Assembly: GCA_964512105.1 (NCBI GenBank)
Contig: CAZEGI010000002.1
Span: 15,125 to 79,124, forward strand
Origin: an uncultured archaeon
GTDB lineage: Archaea; Altiarchaeota; Altiarchaeia; IMC4; CAZEGI01
Reading direction: 5' to 3'
DNA length: 64,000 bases
Every line of letters begins with the position of its first letter. Within the stretch, counting starts at the first letter, position 1. This document shows positions 54,763 to 64,000 of this stretch, piece by piece. A program made the position numbers and the translations under genes. Below the pieces are notes generated by a model, which had not been told where the DNA came from, made no database searches, and saw only the letters and a list, made by a program, of their open reading frames with translations.

Positions 54763-55824
54763 CTAAACAAGATTTCTAACAACCCTCAACATCGTTCCGC
54801 AGTCTAGCAGCATGTTGGTGTATGACGCATTCGCTAATGGACAGAAGCATTCCCCACGTTTGATTTTTTCACGTTCCCGATTTGCGGCTTCACCAAACCA
54901 CAGGCGTCTGAAATCGTATCCGTTTTCCCTCAAATTTCCGAGTTTCTGCCCCTTAACGCAGCAAAACCACACGTCTCCGCTTGCAGAAATTTGTGCAGAC
55001 GCAAAGCCCGCATAGCATGGAATGACCTGCCACCCCTCTAACAGGATTTTTTTCACAATTTCGTAATACTCAAGGCGGAACGCTTCCGTTATCCGGGATA
55101 ATCCGCCAAATTTTTTATTTTTTATCCATTCTGAAAGAAAATCTACTGTTTTTTCGTAATCCTCTGGGTTCGGGGTGATGTCAGATTCCATAGTGCCTAA
55201 CTCAACCCGTTTCTCTGCAATCTCCGTTATGTACGAATCCGGATTCAGTTTTTCAAGATATTCATAAATTTCGGGAATGCGCGAAACATTGAATTTTGAT
55301 ATGACGGTGTGGATACCAAGGGTAAAATTTTTACCCCTTATTTTTTTCAATTCCTTGTACGTTTTTATCGCGTTTTCAAAACTTCCCTTCACGCCCCGAA
55401 TCTCATCGTGTTTCTCATCAATCCCGTCAATCGAGACGTTCACAACGAGCTGCGCTTCCGGGCATTTTTTGAGAATGTTCCTCGCAATCTCGGCAGTATC
55501 CTTTACAGAACCGTTGGTCGGTATGTTCACGATTTTTGGCCTGCAGGTTTCGTATAAATCCAAACAAATTTCCACAAGGTCTTTCCTCAGGAAGGGCTCT
55601 CCGCCACTGAGCGTGACCCAGTACGGCTGTCCGATGTTTTTGAATATCCTCTTGAACTCTTCAAGGGTGAGGTCGTTTTTTTCCGATTTCCAGATGTTGC
55701 AGGTTCTGCATCTCGAGTTGCATTTCGATGTGACGCTTACCGTTAAATTCAACGGCAGCAGTTTTGGATAACCGAACTTCCTGAACGTTTTGTAAAGCGG
55801 AATTCGTGGTAGCAGTTCAAACAT
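54763..55824 (-). CDS. Radical SAM protein with a C-terminal Cys-rich (SPASM/twitch-like) extension
   Basis: CNSRCRTCNIW (CxxxCxxC) plus C-terminal CYAG...FCCVKG...CFCP cysteines. Confidence 0.7.
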   Translation of the reverse strand: MFELLPRIPLYKTFRKFGYPKLLPLNLTVSVTSKCNSRCRTCNIWKSEKNDLTLEEFKRIFKNIGQPYWVTLSGGEPFLRKDLVEICLDLYETCRPKIVNIPTNGSVKDTAEIARNILKKCPEAQLVVNVSIDGIDEKHDEIRGVKGSFENAIKTYKELKKIRGKNFTLGIHTVISKFNVSRIPEIYEYLEKLNPDSYITEIAEKRVELGTMESDITPNPEDYEKTVDFLSEWIKNKKFGGLSRITEAFRLEYYEIVKKILLEGWQVIPCYAGFASAQISASGDVWFCCVKGQKLGNLRENGYDFRRLWFGEAANREREKIKRGECFCPLANASYTNMLLDCGTMLRVVRNLV

Positions 55825-56701
55825 TTTTCAGATTTTTCGTCGTTTTTGCGATTTCCCATCTGTACGGGTTTCTACCCAGAACGTAAAAATCCACGATTGC
55901 CGATGCTCTTGAATACGCCTCCAGCAGAACTGCCATGACAAGAAATAGCAACCTCGTAGGGTTTAGCTCGACATGCTTGAGTACCACCTTCAACACAGCC
56001 AACGCATCCATGGTCAGTGGCGCGTAATCCTGGTTTTTTTTCAGATGCAGATGGCCGATGTAAATCCGTTTCCTCTGTCTTATCAAATCCAAAACGGTTT
56101 CAGGACCCTTGTTCTTCACGATTGCGTCCGGTGCATAGGCCAGGATATACCCTTTTTTTGTAACCATCGACTCAATCCATGCCTCGTCCGCAGCAGTGTT
56201 TTTGGGTATCTGTTTTATAATGTTCCTGAACGCCACCAACTCACCGGCCTTCGGTTTGATTCTTGATATTTCGTGGTGAAGTCTCCATATCAGTTGTACT
56301 GAAAATCCGAGCAGCGTGTTCGGGCCATCAACCGGAACCGGATGTCCGCCGACCATGCCAACCCTCTCATCCGCAAAGGGCTTTACAAGGTTTTCTATTG
56401 CGTTTTCAGCCGGCAGCGTGTCCGCGCTCTCCAGAACAACAATATCTCCCTTAACGTTCTTCAGGTAGAGGTTGACCGCAGATGCCTTCCCCTCGCGTTC
56501 ACGCTGCGTTATCAGTTGCACCCTCGAATCCTGGTTGGAAAATCTTTTTACTATGCCTTCCGTGTCGTCCGTGCATCCGCTTGCAACGACAACTACTTGC
56601 ACTATCCTGCCGGATGAAATTTTTTGCGACAGCAAACTCTCGAGAAGTTTCTTTATGTTCCCCCCTTCGTTGTACGCCATTATGCCGATGCTTATGTCCA
56701 T
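55817..56701 (-). CDS. Glycosyltransferase, GT2 family
   Basis: ISIGIMAYNEGGNI ... VVVASGCTDDT. DxD-like ESAD. Confidence 0.75.
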   Translation of the reverse strand: MDISIGIMAYNEGGNIKKLLESLLSQKISSGRIVQVVVVASGCTDDTEGIVKRFSNQDSRVQLITQREREGKASAVNLYLKNVKGDIVVLESADTLPAENAIENLVKPFADERVGMVGGHPVPVDGPNTLLGFSVQLIWRLHHEISRIKPKAGELVAFRNIIKQIPKNTAADEAWIESMVTKKGYILAYAPDAIVKNKGPETVLDLIRQRKRIYIGHLHLKKNQDYAPLTMDALAVLKVVLKHVELNPTRLLFLVMAVLLEAYSRASAIVDFYVLGRNPYRWEIAKTTKNLKNV

Positions 56702-56702
56702 C

Positions 56703-59700
56703 CTACATGAAATCCGATAAACTTTGCTGTTCCGAAAGCTGGTTTGTAAACACTGATTTTATTTCCCTGTCTAGGAGCATCAACCTCTGTTTAATGTACT
56801 CTGAAAGACCGTATTCATTTGCAAGTTTTGTCGAAACGCCCAGGTATTTCCTTATGGTTCCCTCGGAAACCGTCAGCAATATGCGGCCGCCGCACTTCGT
56901 GCACTTTCCAATCAGTGGAACCCTCCTGTAGTTGGCGTTGCACTTCACGCATCTGAAGTGCTGCCTGCTGTACGCCCTCAGGTTACCGTACGTGTCCCGC
57001 AGAAAATGCGAATTTATCAGCAGTTCCGCAACCTTCCTTTCGTCTATCGCGCGGATTTTTTTCGCTATCCCCAATTGCGAATCGACCTTTTCCTCCATCG
57101 TCTTCAATTTAACGTACGTACTTTCCTTCACCGGCCCCGAAACGTCCGCGGTATCGTTCGTAAACCTCAGGCCCGAATACGGGTCTGTATCCAGAACATT
57201 CCGCACTATGTTGACGCCTGCGCTTCCGGGTTCAACACCCTTCCATGCGCTTTCGTAGAACTCTGCAGGATAGTGGTCCACAATCTCCATCTTGTGTGCC
57301 TCGTCATCTATCTCCTTCGGGTTCAGGATCGTGGTTATGACCAGCGGGGCGTCCATGTAACCGCCGCGTTTTTCCGGCAGATACTTCCGTGAAAAGTTTA
57401 CGAGCGCGTCCAGCAGCAGCATGAACGCATCCTCGTCGCCATCGCAGTTCCTTCTCTTCGCGGCGTGCCAGTACGGATGCGCGTAACACACGTTTGCGGT
57501 CGTGAATCCTGCAATCCTCCCTATGATGCCGGCGGACGTGTGCGGTGCAAGCCCCACCACGAGATGTCCGAGCAAATCGTTGATGTTTCCCGCTTTGTAA
57601 AACGGCTCGAGCCCGTAAAACCGGGTTAGGAGTTCGTCAATAAACTTTGAAGTTTTCAGCAGGTATTCCGCTCCGCTCCTCGGTATTATGACATCCTGCA
57701 CCTTAAGCTCAAGAATCTGGTTTTCATCTTTAAGTTCATTACCAAGATAATCCTTACCGTATCCCAGCCCCCCCAGTTTCTCAACACTTACGTCAACTTC
57801 GCGCGGTTTGAAGTGCGTCAGGGGAGCATCGGTCGCATCAAAGCGCACGGTCCCATCCTTGAATACCGTTATGCTGTTCCTTGCCCTCAGAATCCCCTTT
57901 TCCAGTGGCTCGGGAACCTTGCATTCGGATATCATCCCCTTGACCCCCTTCACGAGATTCGCGTGTCCGACCTTCTCCGTTGCGTTCTGCCACAGGTCCT
58001 TTATGCGCACTTCCCTGAACTCATACAACAGCGTCCTGTTTCTGCACCTCGGGCAAAGTTCCTCATTACCAGTACGTTTGCACGACGGGCATATCCTTCT
58101 TGAAATTGTTGGTTCTCCGCATTCCGGACAGATTGAATAAATCGTGTTCAACCTGCACTTTGGGCATTCGCGTCTTGTTATCTCGACCCGGATGGTTTCT
58201 CTGTCAACGGCAGCGTTTATGCTCCGCTCCTTGCCGCCTGCGTTTCCAACCGGAAACAGCGAATGGACAGGGGGCTGCATCTTCCTCTCCTTGGCCTTTT
58301 CCGGGCGGCCCATCCTGCAGCCGATGTATGTTCCGGATTTGGGTTTCAAAGTCAGCAATGAGCATGCGCCGACTACATCAAAACCGGTTCCGCCTTTTTT
58401 TTCTTCAAAAATCAAATCGAATTTTTTTCTGTCTATCAAATGTCCGTCAAAAATACCAAGCTGGTAGAGTAATGGCAGATACTCTTCCACCACAACGGAA
58501 CCGTCATTCACAAGATGCGGCACACCAACCAGTTCCAAAATCTTTTTTGCGTCTTTATTATCCGTAAGGATTAAACCGTCAGCAGAAATCCTACCCGCAA
58601 CTAGCCACTCAACCAGAATCCTCAAATCCTCCCCGCTCACATCCTCCCAGCGATACGTGTATTTTGGATGTAATGGAACCTTATTCCCCAAGGAAAATTT
58701 AACCGCCTCGTTCGCGGTCATTCTTACATCCGGTTTTCTGCCGGTCTTATCCTCAACATCCGTTGCCCACCATTCCTCACAGTAACCTGCGGGCAGAAGT
58801 GCCGTATTCGTCTGCAGGAAATCACCGTACGACACAAGAATGTCACCCAAGAAAAGTATCTCTGACACGTCGTTCTTGATTTTCTTTGCCTGCTCTTCAG
58901 TTTCAACCCTCACAACGCTGCCGTCTTTCAACCTGACAATCGGGCCCTCAACCGTATCGCACGGCGTGACAATGCCGCCCTTTCCGGGGCGTTCAACCTT
59001 TATCTGCGTTCCGGTTGCAAGGAATCCATCCAGGAGTATGAAGGTTGCTGGGTGCATGGATTTCGCTGCTATTCCCGAAACCCTCGACCTGCCGTAACGC
59101 AGCCTGAAGCCGCCCTTCGCGGATGCTGCCGCAAACACCGGTCGGCCGCCGACGAGATCCTCCATAAACGCCGCATCCTTGTCTTTTTTTTCGTCGGATT
59201 TTTTCTTGCCCGTTTCTTTCAGCCAGTTCCAGTCCAGTCCGAATTTTGCGGAATGCTTTATCAACCCCCTGGATTTTTGCGCTATTCCTTCGGCAATGAC
59301 CAGGCACGCGCCTCCGCGAATCCTGTTGGTCTCAACCCTTGCCAAGTCCCTATGAATCGAAACCTCGCGCTCTTCGGTGGGGTCGCCATCCACGCATACT
59401 GCAAGGTTTTTCACTATGTAACGCACATCGTCGTCGCTCGGCGTGTACTGCAGTCTCGCGATTCTCTCGTCGTAAATCTTTATCTCCTCTACATACCTCT
59501 CAACTTCGTCGTTGGTCGGCCTGTATCCCTGCAGGTCGAATTTACCCCTTATGTAATCTCCGAGCAAGACGGCCATTCCCTGCGCGGTTCCGCCCGCGCT
59601 TCTTATCGGGCCCGCAAAGTATATCGCAAGGTACTCGGAACCGTCTGGATTACTTTTTATCTTGACCTTGGATATACCTTCGATAGGTGCCGCAACAACG

Positions 59701-60011
59701 CCTTCGGTTAATATCGCAAGGCCGGTTCTCAGCGCTTGCTCCATCTGCGTCTCCTTTGCGGACTTTGTCATTGACGGCCCGGGTTGAAGTATGGTGTCTA
59801 TTATCTCGGATATGTTGTGCCTTCCCCTACTCCTTATCCTCTCGGCAATTCCTTTCGGGCCGACGAGACCCTCAACCCGCGCTGCAAGGTCGCCGGCGGG
59901 CGTTGCCTCAACTTCCGTTTCCGGGTCAAAGCCTTTTTTCCTGGCACGGTTCGCCAGTTCGTAACCCTGCTCTATCTTGGCCCTTATCTCGTTTTCGTAT
60001 TCGTGCTCCAT
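56703..60011 (-). CDS. DNA polymerase II (PolD) large catalytic subunit DP2. No intein.
   Basis: 1102 aa. Conserved DP2 blocks and C-terminal zinc fingers (CPKCRLNTIYSICPECG, CPSCKRTGNEELCPRC). Confidence 0.95.
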   Translation of the reverse strand: MEHEYENEIRAKIEQGYELANRARKKGFDPETEVEATPAGDLAARVEGLVGPKGIAERIRSRGRHNISEIIDTILQPGPSMTKSAKETQMEQALRTGLAILTEGVVAAPIEGISKVKIKSNPDGSEYLAIYFAGPIRSAGGTAQGMAVLLGDYIRGKFDLQGYRPTNDEVERYVEEIKIYDERIARLQYTPSDDDVRYIVKNLAVCVDGDPTEEREVSIHRDLARVETNRIRGGACLVIAEGIAQKSRGLIKHSAKFGLDWNWLKETGKKKSDEKKDKDAAFMEDLVGGRPVFAAASAKGGFRLRYGRSRVSGIAAKSMHPATFILLDGFLATGTQIKVERPGKGGIVTPCDTVEGPIVRLKDGSVVRVETEEQAKKIKNDVSEILFLGDILVSYGDFLQTNTALLPAGYCEEWWATDVEDKTGRKPDVRMTANEAVKFSLGNKVPLHPKYTYRWEDVSGEDLRILVEWLVAGRISADGLILTDNKDAKKILELVGVPHLVNDGSVVVEEYLPLLYQLGIFDGHLIDRKKFDLIFEEKKGGTGFDVVGACSLLTLKPKSGTYIGCRMGRPEKAKERKMQPPVHSLFPVGNAGGKERSINAAVDRETIRVEITRRECPKCRLNTIYSICPECGEPTISRRICPSCKRTGNEELCPRCRNRTLLYEFREVRIKDLWQNATEKVGHANLVKGVKGMISECKVPEPLEKGILRARNSITVFKDGTVRFDATDAPLTHFKPREVDVSVEKLGGLGYGKDYLGNELKDENQILELKVQDVIIPRSGAEYLLKTSKFIDELLTRFYGLEPFYKAGNINDLLGHLVVGLAPHTSAGIIGRIAGFTTANVCYAHPYWHAAKRRNCDGDEDAFMLLLDALVNFSRKYLPEKRGGYMDAPLVITTILNPKEIDDEAHKMEIVDHYPAEFYESAWKGVEPGSAGVNIVRNVLDTDPYSGLRFTNDTADVSGPVKESTYVKLKTMEEKVDSQLGIAKKIRAIDERKVAELLINSHFLRDTYGNLRAYSRQHFRCVKCNANYRRVPLIGKCTKCGGRILLTVSEGTIRKYLGVSTKLANEYGLSEYIKQRLMLLDREIKSVFTNQLSEQQSLSDFM

Positions 60012-60012
60012 C

Positions 60013-61476
60013 CTAAAAGTACAACATCGAAACCTCGTGATTCTGAAGATTCATCACCGGCAGTCTTGCAGGCGTTGGCTGGTGGCCCAGCTGTTCCTGG
60101 TATTTCGTCTTGCCCTGCCACGTTCCAGAATTCACCACACTGACGCCGCGGTATGTTGCATAACCGTTGGTGTGAACGTGACCGCAGTGCAGTATGTCCG
60201 GAATCTTGTCTATGACCATGTAATCCCTGTCCTCCGGCATAATCCCATCTTCACCGTAAACGGGACAGAGGTGCCGTTTTTTGAGATACTCTATCATGGC
60301 CCTCTCAGGGGTTGCATAGGTGCATTCCGCGAGGTTGCCTATCATGGTATCAAGACTAGTGCCATGATACATGAGTGTCTTGACGCCGTGCGTTGAAACC
60401 ATCACAGGATTACCAACAATGTGCACATTGGACAGCTCATACAACCTTCCGCCTATGTCCCTGTCCAGTTTTGGCTGCGGCTCCGCCCTTCTCACGGCGT
60501 CATGGTTGCCCATGCACATAACTATCTCTATGTAATCCGGCACCCTTTCCAATAAACCTGCAAGAAAGTCGTACTGTTTATGTATATCCGGAATTGACAG
60601 CTCCTCCTCCTGTTTCGGATAAATGCCTACACCGTCAACAAGGTCTCCGGCCACAAAAAGGTACTTGACCCTTTCCGACACGTCCCTTCTGTTGCCCTTG
60701 AGGTTCAGCCAGTCCAGGAAATTGTTGAATTCCTTCTCCAGAAACAAATAACTGCCGATATGCAGGTCGGATATGAACGCCACGCACACCGGTACATCAG
60801 CCATGTTCCTGATGTGGTCCAAGGGCAGGTCGGGCTCTGAAATCTCCGAGGCAACCAGAAGTTCGTTGTACATTTTTCCGCTGACGCCAATAACCTCGTC
60901 CAGCAGTATTGTTTCGTACTGCCTCAACAGTGCGGGTTTGTCCAGCGGCACCATAACGGTGATGCTTCCGGTCGGGTCTTCAACCTCAAGAAATCTGTAC
61001 CCCTTTTCGCTTTTGCGCTTGTCCGTGACTATGCCTATGATTGTTGCATCCTCGTTTTTTTTGACATCCTTTATCTGCTCCGCCGAACGCAGATTAACCC
61101 GCTCCCTAAGGATTCTTGCTATCTTGCTGTATCTCTGGTTGAAATGCTTTACAAAGTCGTCCACCGTTCCCTCGCAACTCGATTTGTCCGACACGTCGCT
61201 CTGCTCGTATATCACCAACTCCGGCTCAATATCCTTCGCGAGTATGTGTTTTGTTTTTACAACCTCAACCTTGGGTTCTAACGTTTCCTTCGCCTTTATG
61301 AACTCCATGATGAATTCATCCGTTATAAGCCAAACGTTCCTCTCTTTCGCAATCTTTATCATCCCATCCACATCAATGCCGTTCTCCACCAGGTCCTCAA
61401 ATCCGTGCGAACTTACCAGTAAACCGTTCTCTGCAAGTTTTGATGTTACTGTTTTGATGTCCATATCGCCAGCCAA
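60013..61476 (-). CDS. DNA polymerase II (PolD) small subunit DP1 (Mre11-like calcineurin-fold exonuclease)
   Basis: OB-fold N-region, then phosphoesterase motifs (GDLVDGVG, GNHD, HVH). 2 nt upstream of DP2. Confidence 0.9.
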   Translation of the reverse strand: MAGDMDIKTVTSKLAENGLLVSSHGFEDLVENGIDVDGMIKIAKERNVWLITDEFIMEFIKAKETLEPKVEVVKTKHILAKDIEPELVIYEQSDVSDKSSCEGTVDDFVKHFNQRYSKIARILRERVNLRSAEQIKDVKKNEDATIIGIVTDKRKSEKGYRFLEVEDPTGSITVMVPLDKPALLRQYETILLDEVIGVSGKMYNELLVASEISEPDLPLDHIRNMADVPVCVAFISDLHIGSYLFLEKEFNNFLDWLNLKGNRRDVSERVKYLFVAGDLVDGVGIYPKQEEELSIPDIHKQYDFLAGLLERVPDYIEIVMCMGNHDAVRRAEPQPKLDRDIGGRLYELSNVHIVGNPVMVSTHGVKTLMYHGTSLDTMIGNLAECTYATPERAMIEYLKKRHLCPVYGEDGIMPEDRDYMVIDKIPDILHCGHVHTNGYATYRGVSVVNSGTWQGKTKYQEQLGHQPTPARLPVMNLQNHEVSMLYF

Positions 61477-61542
61477 AGAAATAGTGTGTTATAGATTCTT
61501 CAGACGGAAATATAACTAAAGAAAAAAAAAAGAACCAAGTTC

Positions 61543-62508
61543 TTATTGCGTTGCACTCGATTTGAACCAGTGGAGCTTGTGTTCCTCCCCCGGAGGTTTC
61601 TGCTCGAAAAACTTCCCTACCTTCTCGACAACCACAGTTCCCGCGCTCTTCTGCGCCTCGCTGGTTCCTGATGCGAGATGCGGGGTTAAAACGATATTCT
61701 CGAGCTGCATCAACGGGCTGTCCACGGGCGGCTCCTTTGCGTAAACATCCAAACCAGCGGCCTTTATCGTTCCGTTCTTCAGCGCGTCGTACAGCGCGGC
61801 TTCGTCAATCACAACGCCCCTCGCGGTGTTTATTACGACTGCAGTCGGTTTCATCAGCTTAAGGCGCTCGGCATTCATCATTCCTCTGGTTGCGTCCGTT
61901 GCAGGAACATGCAGTGAAACAACGTCCGATCTCCTTAACAGTTCCTCAAGAGCAACAAATTCCGCACCGAACTCTTTCGCGTCCTCGGACGTGATTGCCG
62001 GGTCGGATGCTAAAATTTTCATTCCGAACGCCTTTGCCCTCAATGCGACTTCCCTACCAATCCTCCCAAAGCCTATAAGTCCAAGGATTTTTCCATACAA
62101 CTCGTTCCCTGAAAATTTCTTCCTGTCCCACTGTCCCGCCCTCATGCTCTTGTCAGCCTGTGGAACATTCCTCAGTGTAGCAATCATCAAACCAATCGCA
62201 TGTTCTGCCACAGACACGGTTGACGATTCCGGTGAATTCACAATTTCGATACCCCTTGCCCGTGCGGCCGTTACGTCCACGTTGTCAAGCCCGACCCCAG
62301 CCCTTCCAATGATCTTCAGCGTGCTGGCATCTATAACCTCCTTCGTAACCTTCGTGCTGCTTCTCACTATAATCGCATCGTAACCCTTAATCTTCTGAAT
62401 CAGCATTTCCGGCGTCAGACCAATCTCAACATCAACATCAGCGAATTCTCTTGCCAGGGCAACCGCATCTTCATGCAGTTTATCCGAAATCAGGATACGT
62501 GGTTTCAT
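61543..62508 (-). CDS. D-isomer-specific 2-hydroxyacid dehydrogenase (SerA/GyaR-like). Start set at MKPRILISD.
   Basis: GLIGFGRIGREVALRA NAD-binding motif. Catalytic R...E...H pattern. Confidence 0.8.
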   Translation of the reverse strand: MKPRILISDKLHEDAVALAREFADVDVEIGLTPEMLIQKIKGYDAIIVRSSTKVTKEVIDASTLKIIGRAGVGLDNVDVTAARARGIEIVNSPESSTVSVAEHAIGLMIATLRNVPQADKSMRAGQWDRKKFSGNELYGKILGLIGFGRIGREVALRAKAFGMKILASDPAITSEDAKEFGAEFVALEELLRRSDVVSLHVPATDATRGMMNAERLKLMKPTAVVINTARGVVIDEAALYDALKNGTIKAAGLDVYAKEPPVDSPLMQLENIVLTPHLASGTSEAQKSAGTVVVEKVGKFFEQKPPGEEHKLHWFKSSATQ

Positions 62509-62585
62509 TGTGTTATGTATTCGGTAATTAAATAAAAAAATGTTGGGTTTTATTATAAAAAACCCATATAGTATAGGTGGCATAA

Positions 62586-63506
62586 ATGGTGGACATCTCA
62601 ACAAATGTTGGAAAACTAAAGCTGAAAAATCCGACAATACTTGCCTCCGGTTTTCTCGGGGTTTCCGCCTCCATGTTGCAACGCGTTGCCAACAACGGCG
62701 CAGGCGCTGTGACAACTAAATCCATTGGTCTTGAAAAACGCAAGGGTCACCACAACCCCACTGTTGTCGAGGTTACAGCCGGTCTGCTGAATGCGGTTGG
62801 TCTTTCAACTCCAGGAATTAACGAATCCCTGGATGAACTGAAAATTTTGCTTAAAAAAATACGTGTCCCAGTGATCGTCAGCATTTACGGAAAAACCGTG
62901 AAGGAATACGGCATTATAGCTGAACGCGTGTCCGAAATCAAGCCGAGCATGCTCGAGGTAAATATCTCATGCCCGAACGTAGAGGATGAATTCGGAAGGC
63001 CGTTCGGCACGGATGCGAAAACTTCTGCTCACGTTACCAAAATCGTAAAGAACAACACAAAACTACCGGTAGCAGTAAAACTCACGCCAAACGTCACGGA
63101 CATAAAACCAATCGCAAAGTCCGTGGAAGAAGCCGGAGCGGACGCCATAACTGCAATCAATACACTCGGTCCGGGAATGCTCATAAACATCGAAACAAAA
63201 AAACCGGTGCTTGCCAACCGAACTGGTGGTTTGTCCGGGCCCGCAATAAAACCCATAGCAGTAAGGTGCGTTTATGACATCTACGAAACCGTGGACATCC
63301 CGATAATCGGAATGGGCGGCATCATGAACGGAAAAGACGCAGTCGAGTTCGTGCTGGCAGGCGCGTCCGCAGTCGGCATAGGTACTGGAATATTATATCG
63401 AGGGATAGACATTTTCGACAAGGTCAACAAGGAAATCAAAACATACATGAAGGAAAATCACCACAAAAACCTCAAGCAGCTAATCGGCAAAGCGCACGAA
63501 GAATGA
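62586..63506 (+). CDS. pyrD: Dihydroorotate dehydrogenase, class 1B catalytic subunit
   Basis: LKNPTILASGF ... NISCPN ... GGIMNGKDAVEF motifs. Confidence 0.9.
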   Translation: MVDISTNVGKLKLKNPTILASGFLGVSASMLQRVANNGAGAVTTKSIGLEKRKGHHNPTVVEVTAGLLNAVGLSTPGINESLDELKILLKKIRVPVIVSIYGKTVKEYGIIAERVSEIKPSMLEVNISCPNVEDEFGRPFGTDAKTSAHVTKIVKNNTKLPVAVKLTPNVTDIKPIAKSVEEAGADAITAINTLGPGMLINIETKKPVLANRTGGLSGPAIKPIAVRCVYDIYETVDIPIIGMGGIMNGKDAVEFVLAGASAVGIGTGILYRGIDIFDKVNKEIKTYMKENHHKNLKQLIGKAHEE

Positions 63507-64000
63507 AATTCGGAACAGGCGGAAACAGACTCTGGAACCCTAGCAACGTTCCGGAGATGGCAAAAATCTTAAAGGTAAAAAAAGAAACGCCCACTATAAA
63601 GAGTTTTGTTCTCGACAGGGAATTCGATGTTAAGCCCGGACAGTTTTTCATGTTATGGCTTCCAGGCATTGATGAAAAGCCGTTCAGCTTCAGCAGCAAA
63701 AAACCGTTTTGCATAACGGTGAAAAAAGTTGGCGAATTCACTGGGAAAATGCATGCGTTGAAAAAAGGCAAGATTGGGATTCGAGGCCCGTACGGCAATG
63801 GTTTTAGCATAAAGGGCAATGAAATTTGCATTATTGCCGGCGGCGTTGGCATTGCGCCGCTAATGCCCGTTCTTAAGGAGTGCACTAAAAAAAGGAAAAA
63901 AACAACAGTAATCCTCGGGGCAAAAACAAAAAACGAATTGTTGTTTGTTGACAGGATAAAAAAGACGAACGCAGAGTTGATCATCACAACGGATGACGGA
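63503..64000 (+). CDS. pyrK: Dihydroorotate dehydrogenase electron-transfer subunit PyrK (partial; continues beyond the window)
   Basis: FAD/NAD-binding ferredoxin-reductase fold (GQFFMLWLPG ... IAGGVGIAPL). ATGA overlap with pyrD. Confidence 0.85.
   Translation, partial: MKFGTGGNRLWNPSNVPEMAKILKVKKETPTIKSFVLDREFDVKPGQFFMLWLPGIDEKPFSFSSKKPFCITVKKVGEFTGKMHALKKGKIGIRGPYGNGFSIKGNEICIIAGGVGIAPLMPVLKECTKKRKKTTVILGAKTKNELLFVDRIKKTNAELIITTDDG

Noticed and set aside
56703-60011. Checked PolD DP2 (and rfcS) for inteins
   Set aside because: Both proteins are of intein-free length with contiguous conserved blocks. No homing-endonuclease-like insertion was seen.
1-64000. Looked for CRISPR arrays, cas genes, integrase/transposase genes, toxin-antitoxin pairs and obvious defence islands
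   Set aside because: None found. No regularly spaced direct repeats apart from the tRNA-fragment units and the 17-bp duplication. No recognisable integrase near the tRNA-Gly scars within this window.

Overview
This window looks like an archaeal chromosomal segment, not a plasmid or virus. It carries the archaeal DNA polymerase D subunits DP1 and DP2, the replication factor C small subunit, a candidate GINS subunit, Alba, archease, RNA polymerase subunit Rpo4/F with the archaea-specific DUF655 protein, eukaryote-type ribosomal proteins S17e/L44e/S27e/L21e, and archaeal-type IleRS and ValRS. A ~27 kb cell-surface/N-glycosylation-type gene island (11.4-38.2 kb) dominates the middle of the window. 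It begins with a dolichyl-phosphate GlcNAc-1-P transferase (AglH-like) and encodes about 11 GT2/GT4 glycosyltransferases, 3-5 large polytopic GT-C-like membrane proteins, and a B12-binding radical SAM enzyme. It also encodes a SAM methyltransferase, a Wzx-like flippase, a paired ArnE/ArnF-like 4-TM flippase, UDP-GlcNAc 2-epimerase, a sugar epimerase, a CE4 deacetylase and an FAD oxidoreductase. The island starts immediately after a tRNA-Gly(GCC) gene that is surrounded by three partial copies of itself, each abutting a palindromic hairpin. Most CDS starts, ends and products were inferred by eye from the provided ORF translations and conserved motifs; no database searches were run.

Five observations deserve a closer look.
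1. A ~110-nt structured 5' leader with two conserved hairpins is almost identical upstream of ileS and of the rpl21e-rpoF operon, ending exactly 7 nt before each ATG.
2. An 82-aa stand-alone protein carries the C-terminal zinc-ribbon plus glycyl-radical motif of class III RNR NrdD; it may be a GrcA-like spare part.
3. The acetyl-CoA synthetase gene is broken by a perfect 17-bp tandem duplication.
4. A LonB-like AAA+ ATPase lacks both the protease domain and the membrane anchor, and carries a zinc-ribbon insertion instead.
5. A family of about 30-nt palindromic elements recurs at the tRNA-Gly locus and in the rfcS-ileS intergenic region.
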